The position numbers and the translations under genes were made by a program. The notes under the pieces were generated by a model. The model ran no database searches. It saw nothing but the letters and a program-made list of their open reading frames with translations, and was not told the DNA's origin. Positions 26,646 through 26,811 of a stretch of DNA of 26,811 bases are shown piece by piece. This stretch comes from an uncultured Deinococcales bacterium. GTDB taxonomy: Bacteria; Deinococcota; Deinococci; Deinococcales; JAAFIG01. Each line of letters starts with the position of its first letter. Positions within the stretch are counted from its first letter, which is position 1. The stretch covers positions 1 to 26,811 of the forward strand of contig CAXTTL010000039.1 in assembly GCA_964247135.1 (NCBI GenBank), written 5' to 3'.

Positions 26646-26811
26646 ATGCTCAGCGCCCGAGAGTTCAACGCAACAAAGTTGAAGCTCGAGTGTCGTTTGC
26701 TGGGTTCGCCCAAGTTGCTGCTGGATGGTCTGGAACTGGATGTCCGTTACCGCAAGGTGATTGCCTTGTTCGCCTTTTTGGCGCTCGAGGGTTTAACGCC
26801 GCGTTCTAAAC
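26646..26811 (+). CDS. N-terminus of a SARP/AfsR (BTAD) family transcriptional regulator (3'-truncated by window edge)
   Basis: Not in the ORF track. ATG 26646 gives MLSAREFNATKLKLECRLLGSPKLLLDGLELDVRYRKVIALFAFLALEGLTPRSK, matching the LLGxP...RK..AL.A.LALEG...R pattern; TAGACT 6 nt upstream. Confidence 0.8.
   Translation, partial: MLSAREFNATKLKLECRLLGSPKLLLDGLELDVRYRKVIALFAFLALEGLTPRSK

Larger units (their letters stand above)
107..26789. repeat. Dispersed highly iterated palindrome CTCGAG
   Basis: About 178 copies by manual tally (about 1 per 150 bp) versus about 7 expected for a random 6-mer at roughly 52% GC. Confidence 0.95.

Overview
A 26.8 kb bacterial chromosomal window, most likely from a Deinococcota (Deinococcus/Meiothermus/Trueperaceae-like) organism. 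The evidence is a LysJ-type aminotransferase end, a DUF1999-like protein, a Thermus-type stand-alone glutamate synthase large subunit and many leaderless-type promoters. Housekeeping content includes lysJ (partial), typA/bipA, suhB, gltB, tRNA-Arg(CCU), and CYTH, SDR, histidine phosphatase, DUF58, CAP and VanW proteins. Two things stand out. (1) A two-gene module occurs twice: a lipoprotein subtilase carrying four tandem Trp-containing heptapeptides just before its catalytic domain, next to a cytoplasmic TPR-repeat c-di-GMP enzyme (HD-GYP in one copy, GGDEF in the other). This looks like a possible peptide-signal/receptor system, which is an inference. (2) The palindrome CTCGAG is extremely over-represented (about 178 copies by manual tally versus roughly 7 expected), occurs in all reading frames and is built into most terminator hairpins, like a HIP1 or DNA-uptake-sequence motif. 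All calls come from reading the sequence only; no database searches were run.
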